From an uncultured Verrucomicrobiae bacterium (GTDB taxonomy: Bacteria > Verrucomicrobiota > Verrucomicrobiia > Chthoniobacterales > UBA10450), in NCBI GenBank assembly GCA_963771865.1, contig CAVYVJ010000024.1, positions 48,757 through 112,756 of the forward strand: a stretch of 64,000 nt of DNA, given 5' to 3'. Numbering within the stretch: position 1 is the stretch's first letter; each line of letters opens with the position of its first letter. Below are positions 32,602-42,651 of the stretch, in pieces. Position numbers and translations under genes: made by a program. Under the pieces are notes generated by a model. That model saw only the letters and a program-made list of their open reading frames with translations. It was not told where the DNA came from and did not search any database.

Positions 32602-34518
32602 TCAGGCGAGCGCGGCAGCCAGAATGCTCAATTCTTCCCAACGTGCATATAACCGCGCCACCTCCGCCCGCGCCGAGCGCAATTCCGCATCCACCTGCGG
32701 AAATTCAGCGGCGTGCTGCACGAAAAAATCCGGGTCGGACAGACGCGCCTCAATCCGAGCGACCTCTTCTTCCGCTGCGAGAATCGCCGCCTCCATTCCT
32801 TCCAGCTCGCGCTCCTCTTTCCATTTCAGTTTGCGCGGCTTCCGGTTGTAGCCGGGATCGCTCACCCCGGCTTTGGGAGCGCTTGCCTCCGGACTGGGAC
32901 CGGGATCAGCGATCCCGGCTACAACCCGTTTTTCGAGGTAATAATCGTAATTGCCGACGGAATAGCGCAGCAGACCGTCGCCTTCGAACGCGAGAATCGA
33001 GGTGCAGACACGGTTCAAGAAGTAGCGATCGTGACTAACGACGACAACGCTCCCGCCGAAGGCGACGAGCGCTTCCTCGAGCAGGCGCAAAGTGCCGAGA
33101 TCGAGATCGTTTGTCGGCTCGTCGAGAATGAGCACATTGCCGCCGCGCTTAAGGATTTTCGCCAGCAACACCCGGCTGCGTTCGCCTCCGCTGAGTTGAT
33201 TGATTTTGGTATTGATCCGTTCCTCGGTGAAGAGGAAGCGCCGCAAATATCCGCGCAGCGTGATGTTTTCTTCACCCAGGCGCACGTATTCCATCCCCTC
33301 ACCCACCTCTTCCCAAACCGTCTTTGCATCATCGAGGAGCAGGCGATTTTGATCGACGTAGTTGATCTCGGTGCGCGTGCCGATCTCGACTTCACCAATC
33401 GTCGGTTGGAGTTGGCTGAGCATGATCCTGAGCAGGGTCGATTTGCCGAGCCCGTTGCGTCCGACAATTCCGAGCCGCTCCCCGGCCTTCAAGCCTAACG
33501 AGACGTTGCGGAACAACCAGCGCCCGCCCAGTTCGATCCCGACATCGCGCAATTCGATCACGCGATTGGCCAGCTTCGGTGCCGGTGGGATGATCAAATC
33601 CACTTCGAGTTCCGCTTCCGGCCCCTCCTGCGCAGCCATTTCAAAATAGCGCTCCACCCGATCGACTGATTTTGTCCGCCGCGCCCGCGGCGCCTTGCGC
33701 ACCCAGGCCAACTCGCGTTTCAGAAATCGCTGGCGCTTGTGCTCCTGCATCTCTTCGACCGCCGCACGCTCGGCCCGGGCCAGCAGATAATCCGTGTAGT
33801 TTCCGTCGTAGCTGTAGAATTTCCCACGCGACAACTCGATCACCCGCGTCGCGATGCGATCGAGGAAATAGCGATCGTGCGTCACGAACAGACAGGTTCC
33901 GCTGTAACGCGCGAGAAAATCCTCCAGCCATTCAATCGAGCCGGTGTCGAGATGATTCGTGGGCTCGTCGAGAATGAGAAAATCCGGCCGCGCGAGCAAA
34001 GCGCGGCAAAGCGCAACGCGACGTTTCTCGCCACCGGACAATGTCGCGACGGCGCGCCCTGGATCGGGCGCGTGCAGGTTCGTGATCAGGCTCTTGATGC
34101 GATGCTCAAGATTCCAGCCGTCGAAATGCTCGATCTGCTCGAGCAATATCCCACTGCGCGCACTTTCCGGCCGAGCGTCTTCATATTCGCGGATCAAATC
34201 CAGGACCCGTTGCGCACCGGCAAGAATGTTCGCGTGCACGGTCGCGGTTTCATCAAGCTCAAACATTTGCGGCATATAGCCAACGACAAGGTCGCGACGC
34301 CGATTCAACTCGCCCGCATCAGGCTGCATCACTCCGGCTGCGATTTGCAGAAAAGTCGATTTGCCGGCGCCGTTGCGCCCGACCAACCCGATCCGTTCGC
34401 CTTCCAAGATCGTAATCGACGCCCGGTCCAAGATTACCTGGTGGCCGAACCTGACGACCAGTTCACTCGCGCTCGCAATCGTGTTTGGGGAGGCTTCGGC
34501 CATTCCAAGAGATAGCAC
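32602..34518 (-). CDS. ABC-F family ATPase (Uup/YheS-like translation-associated ABC protein)
   Basis: It has two ATPase cassettes (Walker A GRNGAGKST and GRNGLGKST; signatures LSGGEKRR and LSGGERSR), no TM domain, and a C-terminal coiled coil. Confidence 0.9.
   Translation of the reverse strand: MLSLGMAEASPNTIASASELVVRFGHQVILDRASITILEGERIGLVGRNGAGKSTFLQIAAGVMQPDAGELNRRRDLVVGYMPQMFELDETATVHANILAGAQRVLDLIREYEDARPESARSGILLEQIEHFDGWNLEHRIKSLITNLHAPDPGRAVATLSGGEKRRVALCRALLARPDFLILDEPTNHLDTGSIEWLEDFLARYSGTCLFVTHDRYFLDRIATRVIELSRGKFYSYDGNYTDYLLARAERAAVEEMQEHKRQRFLKRELAWVRKAPRARRTKSVDRVERYFEMAAQEGPEAELEVDLIIPPAPKLANRVIELRDVGIELGGRWLFRNVSLGLKAGERLGIVGRNGLGKSTLLRIMLSQLQPTIGEVEIGTRTEINYVDQNRLLLDDAKTVWEEVGEGMEYVRLGEENITLRGYLRRFLFTEERINTKINQLSGGERSRVLLAKILKRGGNVLILDEPTNDLDLGTLRLLEEALVAFGGSVVVVSHDRYFLNRVCTSILAFEGDGLLRYSVGNYDYYLEKRVVAGIADPGPSPEASAPKAGVSDPGYNRKPRKLKWKEERELEGMEAAILAAEEEVARIEARLSDPDFFVQHAAEFPQVDAELRSARAEVARLYARWEELSILAAALA
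32845..32925. repeat. REPIN-like doublet (TGTAGCCGGGATC... family) lying in-frame inside the ABC-F gene
   Basis: GTTGTAGCCGGGATCGCTCACCCCGGCT ... CCGGGATCAGCGATCCCGGCTACAAC spans 81 nt (27 codons). It is translated as VVAGIADPGPSPEASAPKAGVSDPGYN in the ABC-F linker. Confidence 0.8.
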
Positions 34519-34621
34519 AATCCGACAAGCCGATCAGTCGTGTCAGCGTCCGAAGGTGAATCGACTCGCGAACAATGGCCGCGCGCACATTGAAGTTGAG
34601 AGATCGGCTACGTGGCTCAGA

Positions 34622-35754
34622 ATGAGCCCCGTGTTTCGTAACTCAAAGAGGGCCTGCCTCGGCGGTCTCCTCATCACGTTTACGTCTTGCGGCCCGGGCC
34701 TGGCGGCCGAGCCAGAGCGCCGCGATTTCATGCTCGGGGTCGACGCCAACTACGCCCTGGACATGGAAGCACACGGCTCGCGCTGGAAGTGGGATGGGGA
34801 GGAGCAGGAGCTGTTTGCCGGCATGGAAAAAGCGGGAGCGCGCTGGCTGCGTGTTCGCCTTTGGACAAGCGATGAAGGAGTCAATGGCAAGGACTACGCC
34901 ACCGCAGAAGTCGAGCGCGCAACGAAAGCGGGCTTGAATCCTTACCTCGTTATTTTTCTGAGTGAAAACTGGGCCGACCTCACGAAACAACCCGCGCCCG
35001 CCCCGTGGAAAAAATTGTCCCTCGAGGAGCGGGCCGAAGCGGTGCGCAAATACTCGCGCGATATCGTGAGCCATTTCTGCGCCCATGGCCTAACGAGTCA
35101 TCTTTACGAGATCGGGAACGAGATCGACTACGGAATCTGTGGCGTTTTCCCCGGCAAACACGCCAAAAAAAATCCGGAGCATCTGAGCAATCGCGTCTGG
35201 CCGGATGCAGCGAAATTGATCCTGGCCTGCCAGCGCGGTGTGAAGGAGGCAGATCCTAAAGCGAGATTCATCCTGCACATCGCGCACTGGTGGGATGCAG
35301 ACTTTTCTACCGCGTTTTTCCAGATTCATGCTCGATCGACAGGTTCAAATCGACTTTGCCGGCATCACTTATTTTCCGTCCTCGAATATCGGAAACTCGC
35401 TGACCTTCGACCAATTCGGCGCCGTCATCGATCGCGTCACTTCGGCGATCCATCGGCCCGTGATAATTCCCGAAACGGGATATCCGAGCACGGCCGATTT
35501 TCATGGCCAATTTGCCCGCTGGCGCAAGGAAGTTCCGGGCTACCCGCTCACCCCGGAGGGTCAAAAACTCTGGCTGACGGATTTCCTGAAATTCTGCCGC
35601 GAAAAATCCGACGGTCGCCGGTGTTTTTTACTGGAGTCCGGAGTGGTACGGCGAGGGAATGTGGAAAGCCTTCGCCCTCTTTGATGTGGACGGCAATGCG
35701 CGACCTGCCTGGCAGGCGTTTCGGTCAATCGAAAGCCCGACCCTCTCTCATTGA
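34622..35754 (+). pseudogene. GH53 arabinogalactan endo-beta-1,4-galactanase (lipoprotein-type signal); two frame breaks (~35324, ~35619)
   Basis: Frame 1 holds LITFTSC, GVDANYALDME, RVRLW and EIGNEIDYG. Frame 2 (ORF 35295..35684) holds IDFAGITYFPS and IIPETGYPS. Frame 3 holds GVFYWSPEWYGEGMW...TLSH, ending at TGA 35752-35754. Confidence 0.75.
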
Positions 35755-35775
35755 TCAACCCTGAAGTTCGGTCGC

Positions 35776-36936
35776 ATGTTTCAACTCCTGCAAACTGACG
35801 GAAAAGCGCGACGCGGCCGCCTCACGACTGCGCACGGCGTGATCGAGACGCCGGCTTTCATGCCCGTCGGCACCCAGGGCTCCGTCAAAGGCGTGAGCCC
35901 GCGCGAGCTGCGCGAACTCAAGGCGCAGATCATCCTTGGCAACACTTACCATCTTTTCGTTAGGCCAGGACTCGATGTGCTGCGCAATTTCGGCGGGCTG
36001 CACAACTTCATGAATTGGAACGGCCCGATCCTGACCGACAGCGGCGGTTATCAAATCTTCTCGCTCGCGAAAATTCGCAAGATCACGGAGGAAGGCGCGC
36101 ATTTTCAGAATCATCTCGACGGCACGCCGACTTTTATTTCGCCCGAAATCGCGATGGAAATTCAGGCCACGCTCGGCAGCGACATCGCGATGGTGCTGGA
36201 CGAGTGCCCGCCTTATCCGTGCGAGCATGAGTATGCGGCGCGCAGTTTGGAAATGACCGCGCGCTGGGCGCGGCGCTGCAAGGAAGCGAACGTTCATCCG
36301 CCTGAGGCGGACCAAAGTTCAACTGAAGACGGATACGCGCCGGCTCCTCTTTCGGAATCGTCCAAGGGCGGAACCTTCGAGGATCTCCGCCGGGCAAGCG
36401 CGGAAGCGACGGTGCAGATCGGATTCGATGGTTACGCGATCGGAGGCGTGAGCGTGGGCGAACCGGAGCCGGAAATGATGCAGGCGGTGGAATGGAGCGA
36501 GCCTTTTTTGCCTAACGACAAGCCGCGTTACGCGATGGGCCTCGGCACCCCGCCGCAAATGCTCGAGCTGATCGCCCGCGGGGTCGACATGTTCGACTGC
36601 GTTTTGCCCACCCGACTCGCGCGCAACGGCACCGCCTTTACTGCCGGCGGCACGCTCAACCTAAAGAACGCCGAGTTCATAATGCAAAAAGGCCCGATCG
36701 AGGAAGGTTGCCTTTGTCCCGCCTGTCGCGAGTTCAGCCGCGGTTATTTGCGCCATTTGATCAAGGCGGAAGAAATCCTCGGGCTGCGCCTGGTGACCCT
36801 GCATAATCTTCATTTCTATCTCAACCTGATGGAACGGGCGCGCGCCGAAATCGAAAATGGTTCCTTCGACACTTTTCGCCGGAGCTTTGTCGCCGGATAT
36901 CGGGTCAACGCTGGCCTCGCGACTTCTCCGGACTGA
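35776..36936 (+). CDS. tgt: queuine tRNA-ribosyltransferase; ORF open but an 80-nt internal segment is out of frame
   Basis: It has PAFMPVGTQGSVKG, LTDSGGYQ, MVLDEC, GFDGYAIGG, MGLGTP and the zinc site CLCPAC. The conserved LLFGIVQGG motif is readable only in the other two frames at 36290-36369. Confidence 0.88.
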   Translation: MFQLLQTDGKARRGRLTTAHGVIETPAFMPVGTQGSVKGVSPRELRELKAQIILGNTYHLFVRPGLDVLRNFGGLHNFMNWNGPILTDSGGYQIFSLAKIRKITEEGAHFQNHLDGTPTFISPEIAMEIQATLGSDIAMVLDECPPYPCEHEYAARSLEMTARWARRCKEANVHPPEADQSSTEDGYAPAPLSESSKGGTFEDLRRASAEATVQIGFDGYAIGGVSVGEPEPEMMQAVEWSEPFLPNDKPRYAMGLGTPPQMLELIARGVDMFDCVLPTRLARNGTAFTAGGTLNLKNAEFIMQKGPIEEGCLCPACREFSRGYLRHLIKAEEILGLRLVTLHNLHFYLNLMERARAEIENGSFDTFRRSFVAGYRVNAGLATSPD

Positions 36937-36941
36937 GCCGG

Positions 36942-37940
36942 CTATTGGCCCGCGCGAGGTTCTAATTCGTCTGCGCTACCTGAGCAGCCGCGTTGGTCGG
37001 CGAAAATCTTATCGAGCTCGGCGAGGACGTGCTGCGGGCCGACATACTTGTCGCCTTCGTAGCTGCTCGCAACCAGATGGCTGCTTTGATCGACCACGAG
37101 GAGGGATGGAATTCCATCGCCGCCTAACGACCTAACCTGCGCAAGGTCCGCGAGCTGATCGTAATCGATCGCCAGCCACGGCATGCTGGTTTCGTGAATA
37201 TAGGTTTCCCAGGCAAAACGCGAGCGGTCCGCGCTCACGAAAATGATTTCGAATTCCGGATGGCTGGGCGCGACGAGGTTGTAATATTGCACCAACTGGG
37301 GGGTAAATTTTCGGCATGGCGGCGCACCAATGCGCGGAGTAATAAAGCGCGACAAATTTCTTCCCTTCCAGCTCGGAGCCGTTGCCCCGGCTGACCGTTC
37401 CGTCGTGACAACGGACGAGTTTTTGTTTGAGCGATTCGAGCAAGAGCGTTCGCACCCGGCGGCGGCGGAGCGGCTTTGCCGGATCCGGTCTTGGAGCTGT
37501 GCCTGATGGAGGGTGCTGAATTTTTTATCCTGCTCGATCTCCGCCGCTCTGCGGGCAGCGACTTCGGCTTCTCGCTGCTTCGCCTGATTGGCGACCGAAG
37601 AAGAGACCACATACTTGCCGCTCTCGAGCGCCGCGACCAATTGCGGGTTCGCTCCGAAAATGAGGAGCGACTTTTTTGTGGCCGGATCCAGCGCTTCGAG
37701 CGCGCCCCGCGTCGTGATCTCCGTCAGGACGGCGTCGCTGGTATAGCCGGAGCGGAGCATAAGGCCGATCTCCTTGTTCGACAGCGGCAGCGATGCCGCC
37801 GCCGCCGTCACAACCAGCGCGCCGATGAGAACGAGGAACAGCCTGGGCACATTTCCCTGAGAAGCAGAAGATGCGCCAATGGAGCCCTTTGCCTTCACAA
37901 TCACAGGCGCAACATTGTCGGCGGACTCAACATTTGTCAT
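36942..37940 (-). CDS. membrane-anchored thioredoxin-like (tryparedoxin/nucleoredoxin-type) protein; internal out-of-frame segment ~37323-37455
   Basis: It has PPCRKFTPQLVQYYN, EFEIIFVSADRS and MPWLAIDY. The matching GKKFVALYYSAHWC half of the WCPPC motif is in ORF 37132..37455. The likely start is ATG 37940 (MTNVE...), since codons upstream are translation of a repeat. Confidence 0.7.
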   Translation of the reverse strand: MTNVESADNVAPVIVKAKGSIGASSASQGNVPRLFLVLIGALVVTAAAASLPLSNKEIGLMLRSGYTSDAVLTEITTRGALEALDPATKKSLLIFGANPQLVAALESGKYVVSSSVANQAKQREAEVAARRAAEIEQDKKFSTLHQAQLQDRIRQSRSAAAGCERSCSNRSNKNSSVVTTERSAGATAPSWKGRNLSRFITPRIGAPPCRKFTPQLVQYYNLVAPSHPEFEIIFVSADRSRFAWETYIHETSMPWLAIDYDQLADLAQVRSLGGDGIPSLLVVDQSSHLVASSYEGDKYVGPQHVLAELDKIFADQRGCSGSADELEPRAGQ

Positions 37941-38057
37941 CCCGATCCGGCGCAGCGCGGAGAGGGACCTCACAATTGTAATCACACGTCCTCTAACCAG
38001 AAGCCGCGGATAGCAGTTGCGAGGTCCTTCGCCGTCCTACGGCGGATCGGGATGACA
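37935..38057. repeat. GTCATCC...GGATGAC palindromic element
   Basis: The left arm is TGTCATCCCGATCCG..GGACCTC (37935-37971). The right arm is GAGGTCC..CGGATCGGGATGACA (38021-38057). The outer 15 nt are a perfect inverted match. Confidence 0.75.
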
Positions 38058-38101
38058 ACGAGGGCGCCGAACGTCATGCCGAGCGCCAAGCCTTAAGCAT
38101 G

Positions 38102-40215
38102 CTATTTCTTTGCCGCGGGAAAAAAGCGCGGCAGCAAATCCCGGAAATCAGATTTCGCTGCCGCGGCTTTTTCCGCCAATTCGTTCGCCGCCGCCGTTTG
38201 TCCAGTCTGCGCCGCGAATATCGCGCTCAACCATTGCCGCTCGGGAATGTCAGCGACCCCAGGCCGGATGAAAGCCATCGACATTTTGAGGAGCATTTCC
38301 GGCGAAAGATTGAGCCAGCCGGTCATGACGCTGCCGTAACGCGTTTTGAGTTCCAGTTTGTCTTTGGTCGCCCGTCGGACCGGGCCGTCGTAACGCACGC
38401 CGTGAATGTCGGTCACGACTCCACCATAACCAATGCCATTGATGTCGCTGATCAGTTTTCTTTTCCAATCAGCCAGCCAACCTGCCCGCTGTAGTTCGGC
38501 GTTGCGGTCCGGTTGGAGCGAGGCAGCGGTGACGGTCGACTTTCCGAGAAGAGCAACCGCGTTTTCGAATTCGTAGGCGGCCAGCAACTTGCGCTCCGCG
38601 ACCAGCGCTGCCTGCCAGCGAGGCGCTTCCTCCGTGGCGCGCCGTTTCTCATCCGCCGCCTTTTTTTGGGAAACCTCCGCGACTTGCGCCGCGATCTTTG
38701 CCTCCTCGTCCGCGAGCTGAAAAGCGAGCGCGCCCTTCGCTTTCAGTTTCCCGGACAGCTCGCGAATCCTCTGCAACGCCACTTCCGGATCCTTGCTCGC
38801 ATCGCGCGTTTTCTGCCACTCGGTGTAGAGCTGGTAATCATCCAGACGATTCTGGGCAAGTGGCTTAAAGTCGTTCAGCCAGGCAAATTGCCGCAGTGGC
38901 CTGATCTCGAGAAAGTGCCGCAACGCCGTCGCAGCCTGCGCGAAATCTCCACGCTCCCAAAGTTGCAGGGCCGCGCAAAGTTCTGCCGCCGGTTGAACAT
39001 TAGAAACACTCAAGCCGAGCTCGCGAAAAAGGGCTTCCGCCGTCGCGTAATGGCCGGCCTCAAGCTCGTGGCGCGCGGATTCCAACTGTGCCTGCAGATT
39101 GGCTCGCGGGCGTTGCCGTTGCCTCCGATCGCGAGATTCGGCTCCGCGCTCTGCGACGGCAGATGCCGCACGCTAAAGATTATTCCGAAAAGAATCGCGC
39201 TGGCACCAAGCAGTGCGCCTAACGACACCAGCACGCGCATCGGCCAGCTCCAGCGCCCGCGCAATTCCTCCTCTCGCGCCAGGAGCGCGCTCCGCGCCGC
39301 CTCCAGTTGCGCGATCAACTCCTTGTAGGAACTCTGCCGCTCAGCCGGTTCCGGACGCAGCATTTGATCGATCACGGCCGCGGTCTCATCAGAGACATCG
39401 GACGCCACTTCTTTCACCTTAATCGGATTCGACTTCAGCTTCTTCAGCTCCGTGGCCGACTGGGTTTCAACTTCAAAAGTGGGTCGTCCCGAGATGGCAT
39501 GAAAGAGGGTCGCGCCCAGACTGTAGAGATCGCTCCGAAAATCCTCCGGTTCACTCGTTAGGCGCTCCGGCGCGACGTAATAGGGTGTGCCCCAGATTTC
39601 GTTTTCCGTCCCGGCATGTTGCGCGGCGAAAAGCGCGAGACCGAAATCGACGATCTTGGCTGTGTTGCGATCGGCAAAAAGGATGTTGCCCGGTTTGATG
39701 TCGCGATGAATCAGCCCGGCCTTCAACGCTGCCTGCAAACCTTTCGCCACCTGGATTCCGAGCTCGAGCGTCTGCAATTCCGAAATGCGCTTTTCGTCTT
39801 CCATCCGATCATCGAGACTGCCGCCATCGACCAGCTCCATCACGACGTAGAATTGCCCGTGATCTTCGCCAACCGAGAAAACTTCGACGACATGCGGATG
39901 TTTGATCGAGGCCGTGATGCGCGCTTCCTCCTTCAGCTTCGCCGTGAAGGAGGCGTCGTCAGCGAACTCCTTGCGCAAAAGCTTGAGCGCGACGAAGCGG
40001 TTCAAACGCGCATCACGCGCTTTGTAGACGGAGCCCATTCCGCCGGTGCCAAGCGGCTCGACTACGGTGAAGTGTTCGAAGACCCGCTCGACCCGCAGTT
40101 GCTTTCCGCAGGCCGGGCAATTGACCTTGCCGAACGGTTCAAGGCCGGCAGTCTCGACCGGCCCGCCGCATCCCGGACAGGATTGCACCTGCGCGCCGCT
40201 CCCAGTCGAGGCCAT
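38102..40215 (-). pseudogene. Ser/Thr protein kinase with zinc-ribbon N-terminus, TM helix and large extracytoplasmic C-domain; probable frame break ~39085-39130
   Basis: ORF 39010..40215 has Hanks motifs (GTGGMGSVYKA, HRDIKPGNIL, DFG, GTPYYVAPE), CPGCG/CPACG and a TM helix. ORF 38102..39085 (helical then beta-rich, no signal peptide of its own) overlaps it by 76 nt in another frame that stays open upstream. Confidence 0.6.
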
Positions 40216-40250
40216 TGGCCGGATGATAGCATTCCAAGGGGAGCGCCGCG

Positions 40251-41147
40251 ATGATAGAATTGTCCGTGCCTAACGAGCACGCGGGCTTGCGGCTCGATCG
40301 CTACCTGGCGCTGGCGCTGCCCCAGTTTTCCCGCGCGCGCTTGCAGACTTTGATTCGAGCGGGCGACGTCCAGTTGCAAGGGAAAGCGGCCCGCCCGCGC
40401 GAGACCGTGCACGCGGGCGATGTCGTTAGGCTAAATGAGCCGCCGGTGGAGGAAATCGAAGCGCAGGCAGAAAAGATTCCGCTCGAGGTTCTTTTCGAGG
40501 ACGACGATTTGCTCGTCCTCAACAAGCCCGCCGGCCTCGTCGTTCATCCCGGGGCGGGCAATCAAACGCACACCCTCGTGAACGCGTTGCTCCATCATTG
40601 CACGAATCTCTCCGGGATTGGCGGCAAGCAGCGTCCCGGTATCGTCCATCGCCTCGACAAGGAGACGAGCGGCTGCCTCGTGGTGGCGAAAAATGACGCG
40701 GCGCACCAGGAACTCTCCCGCCAGTTCGCGGACCGTGAAGTGAAAAAAGTTTACCTCGCGCTTGTTTCCGGGACGCTGAAACGACCGCGCGGAACGATCG
40801 AGGCGCCGATTGGCCGGCATCCGGTCCAACGCAAGAAAATGGCGGTCAATCAGACGCGAGGGCGAGTGGCAAAAACGGATTATCGAGTTCTCAAGTCAGG
40901 CGGTGGCGTGAGCCTGGTGGAATGCGCGATTCACAGCGGGCGCACCCACCAGATTCGAGTGCACTTGCACCACATCGGCCATCCTGTCATCGGCGATTCG
41001 CTCTATGGAAAGAAAGTCGCCGGGCAGCGTCAGATGCTGCACGCCTGGAAGCTCGGGTTCACCCACCCGCGCACGAGCGAGCGGCTCGTCTTCGAAGCCC
41101 CGATCCCGGATGATTTTCGTCGGCTGAAGGAAACTGCTTTTCGTTAG
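40251..41147 (+). CDS. rluD: RluA/RluD-family 23S rRNA pseudouridine synthase
   Basis: It has an S4 RNA-binding N-domain and the catalytic motif HRLDKETSGCLV. The TAG stop lies in the motif variant TCGTTAGGT. Confidence 0.88.
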   Translation: MIELSVPNEHAGLRLDRYLALALPQFSRARLQTLIRAGDVQLQGKAARPRETVHAGDVVRLNEPPVEEIEAQAEKIPLEVLFEDDDLLVLNKPAGLVVHPGAGNQTHTLVNALLHHCTNLSGIGGKQRPGIVHRLDKETSGCLVVAKNDAAHQELSRQFADREVKKVYLALVSGTLKRPRGTIEAPIGRHPVQRKKMAVNQTRGRVAKTDYRVLKSGGGVSLVECAIHSGRTHQIRVHLHHIGHPVIGDSLYGKKVAGQRQMLHAWKLGFTHPRTSERLVFEAPIPDDFRRLKETAFR

Positions 41148-42651
41148 GTAAAGAGATCAAGCGCTCTTTGGGTGCCCGGGTAGCGCTTCTTCTATTTCGG
41201 TCGGCCGGCTCCGCCTGTCGCAGCGAAAGAAGCCCAGACACGACCGGCGGAATGAAAATAAAGCCGCGCAACCACGGCTCCGAGTGCCACGGCAACATGA
41301 AAAGCCGTTCGTCCCAGAACAGATAATAGGCGAACACCGTGACCGAGAGCACCTGCCAGGCATCAACCCGGCGCCAGGCCGCCAAGGGCAAAATCCAGGT
41401 GCAATACCAGGGGTGCAAAACCGGGCTGAGAAAAAGCGCCGTGCCCATCACCCAGAGCAACCCGCGCTTCCAATTGCGGAGGAAAAAGACCGACACGATC
41501 AGCACCGCGACGATGATGATGACGTTGTAATGGTAATTCTTCTGGTGCGGATTCGGCCAGACCGTGTCCTCGATGATCCACCAAAACATGTCGTTCAATC
41601 GGGTCACATAAATGAAGCGGCCTAACGAATTCCAAATGGCGACATGCGGGAAACCAAAGGGCAGACTGAGTGCCGCTGGAATCGCGAGGCTGATCCCGAG
41701 CGCGAGCGCGCGCCGCCCGAGCGCGAAAGCGCACAGCGGCAGGAGAAGGACGGGAACCAATTTAATCGAGATGGCGAGACCCATCGCGATCGCGCCCAGG
41801 ATTGCCCACCGCGTTTGGCTGGAGGGCGACGCTCTGTCGTCGCCAGGGTCGCCAGGCAAAGACTTGTCGTCATCGCGTTCGCCAGGCGGAGACACGGCAA
41901 TGACGGAGCATTGCCCTCCAGCGCGCACGAAACAAAGAATGGCGGCGAGCAGCGGCAGGATCATCAAACTGTCGAAGTGCGCCGCGCCGGCGAAGCTGTA
42001 AACGACCAGTGGATTCCAGGCGTACCACGCCGCGTCAGCAAAACGCGTCGCCCCACCGATCAAACGCAAAAGGACCGCGATCGCCGCGAGATCAGCGGCG
42101 GCAAAGAGAAGTTTGTAGGCGAGCGGACCCGCCGCGAAACGACTGAGCGCGGCGAAAAGCAACTCCGTTCCCGGCGGATAAATCGCGCTGAAATCGCGGT
42201 GATTGATTTGGCTCCAATTGGCAAACTCGGCGCGGAGCGGAACAAGTTTCTCATCGTTAGGCGCGAGAACATAAGGATTAAAGCCGGCGTTCTGCACCTT
42301 GCCCTCCCACTGGTAACGCCACAGATCGTCCCCCGGCTCGATCGGCAGCGCGACGATTCGCAAGAGGATCGCCACGACCCAAAAAGTCACGCCCGCCCGC
42401 CGGCCCAGAGAGACATGGGCGAAGAACGAGGCGGCGGCGAAAAAGGCGATCCCACTGAGCACCGCCACCTCGACGAACTTGATCGGCATGTCGGCATAGC
42501 GCCAGTCATCGAAACGATGCAGCGCCGCGAGGAGCAGAATTTCGGCAAGAAGCGCAACCCAAAGGCGCGCGTGCCGTTGTAGCGGCGGTCTATGACCGCC
42601 GGGCTCGCCAAGATTGTCGTGGTCCTCCATCAAGGCGGAATCGGCGGTCAT
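41059..42651 (-). CDS. polytopic membrane protein, GT-C/DUF2029-like glycosyltransferase (family uncertain)
   Basis: It has more than 10 hydrophobic helices with periplasmic-loop acidic motifs. Its 5' end is built from a REPIN, and its 3' end overlaps rluD by 89 nt. Confidence 0.5.
   Translation of the reverse strand: MTADSALMEDHDNLGEPGGHRPPLQRHARLWVALLAEILLLAALHRFDDWRYADMPIKFVEVAVLSGIAFFAAASFFAHVSLGRRAGVTFWVVAILLRIVALPIEPGDDLWRYQWEGKVQNAGFNPYVLAPNDEKLVPLRAEFANWSQINHRDFSAIYPPGTELLFAALSRFAAGPLAYKLLFAAADLAAIAVLLRLIGGATRFADAAWYAWNPLVVYSFAGAAHFDSLMILPLLAAILCFVRAGGQCSVIAVSPPGERDDDKSLPGDPGDDRASPSSQTRWAILGAIAMGLAISIKLVPVLLLPLCAFALGRRALALGISLAIPAALSLPFGFPHVAIWNSLGRFIYVTRLNDMFWWIIEDTVWPNPHQKNYHYNVIIIVAVLIVSVFFLRNWKRGLLWVMGTALFLSPVLHPWYCTWILPLAAWRRVDAWQVLSVTVFAYYLFWDERLFMLPWHSEPWLRGFIFIPPVVSGLLSLRQAEPADRNRRSATRAPKERLISLPNEKQFPSADENHPGSGLRRRAARSCAGG

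Noticed and set aside
34361-35764. The 467-aa ORF taken as one protein.
   Set aside because: Its first 87 codons are antisense to the ABC-F 5' end. Only codons from ATG 34622 to ~35324 are GH53-like, and the remainder is wrong-frame read-through. The GH53 sequence continues in two other frames.
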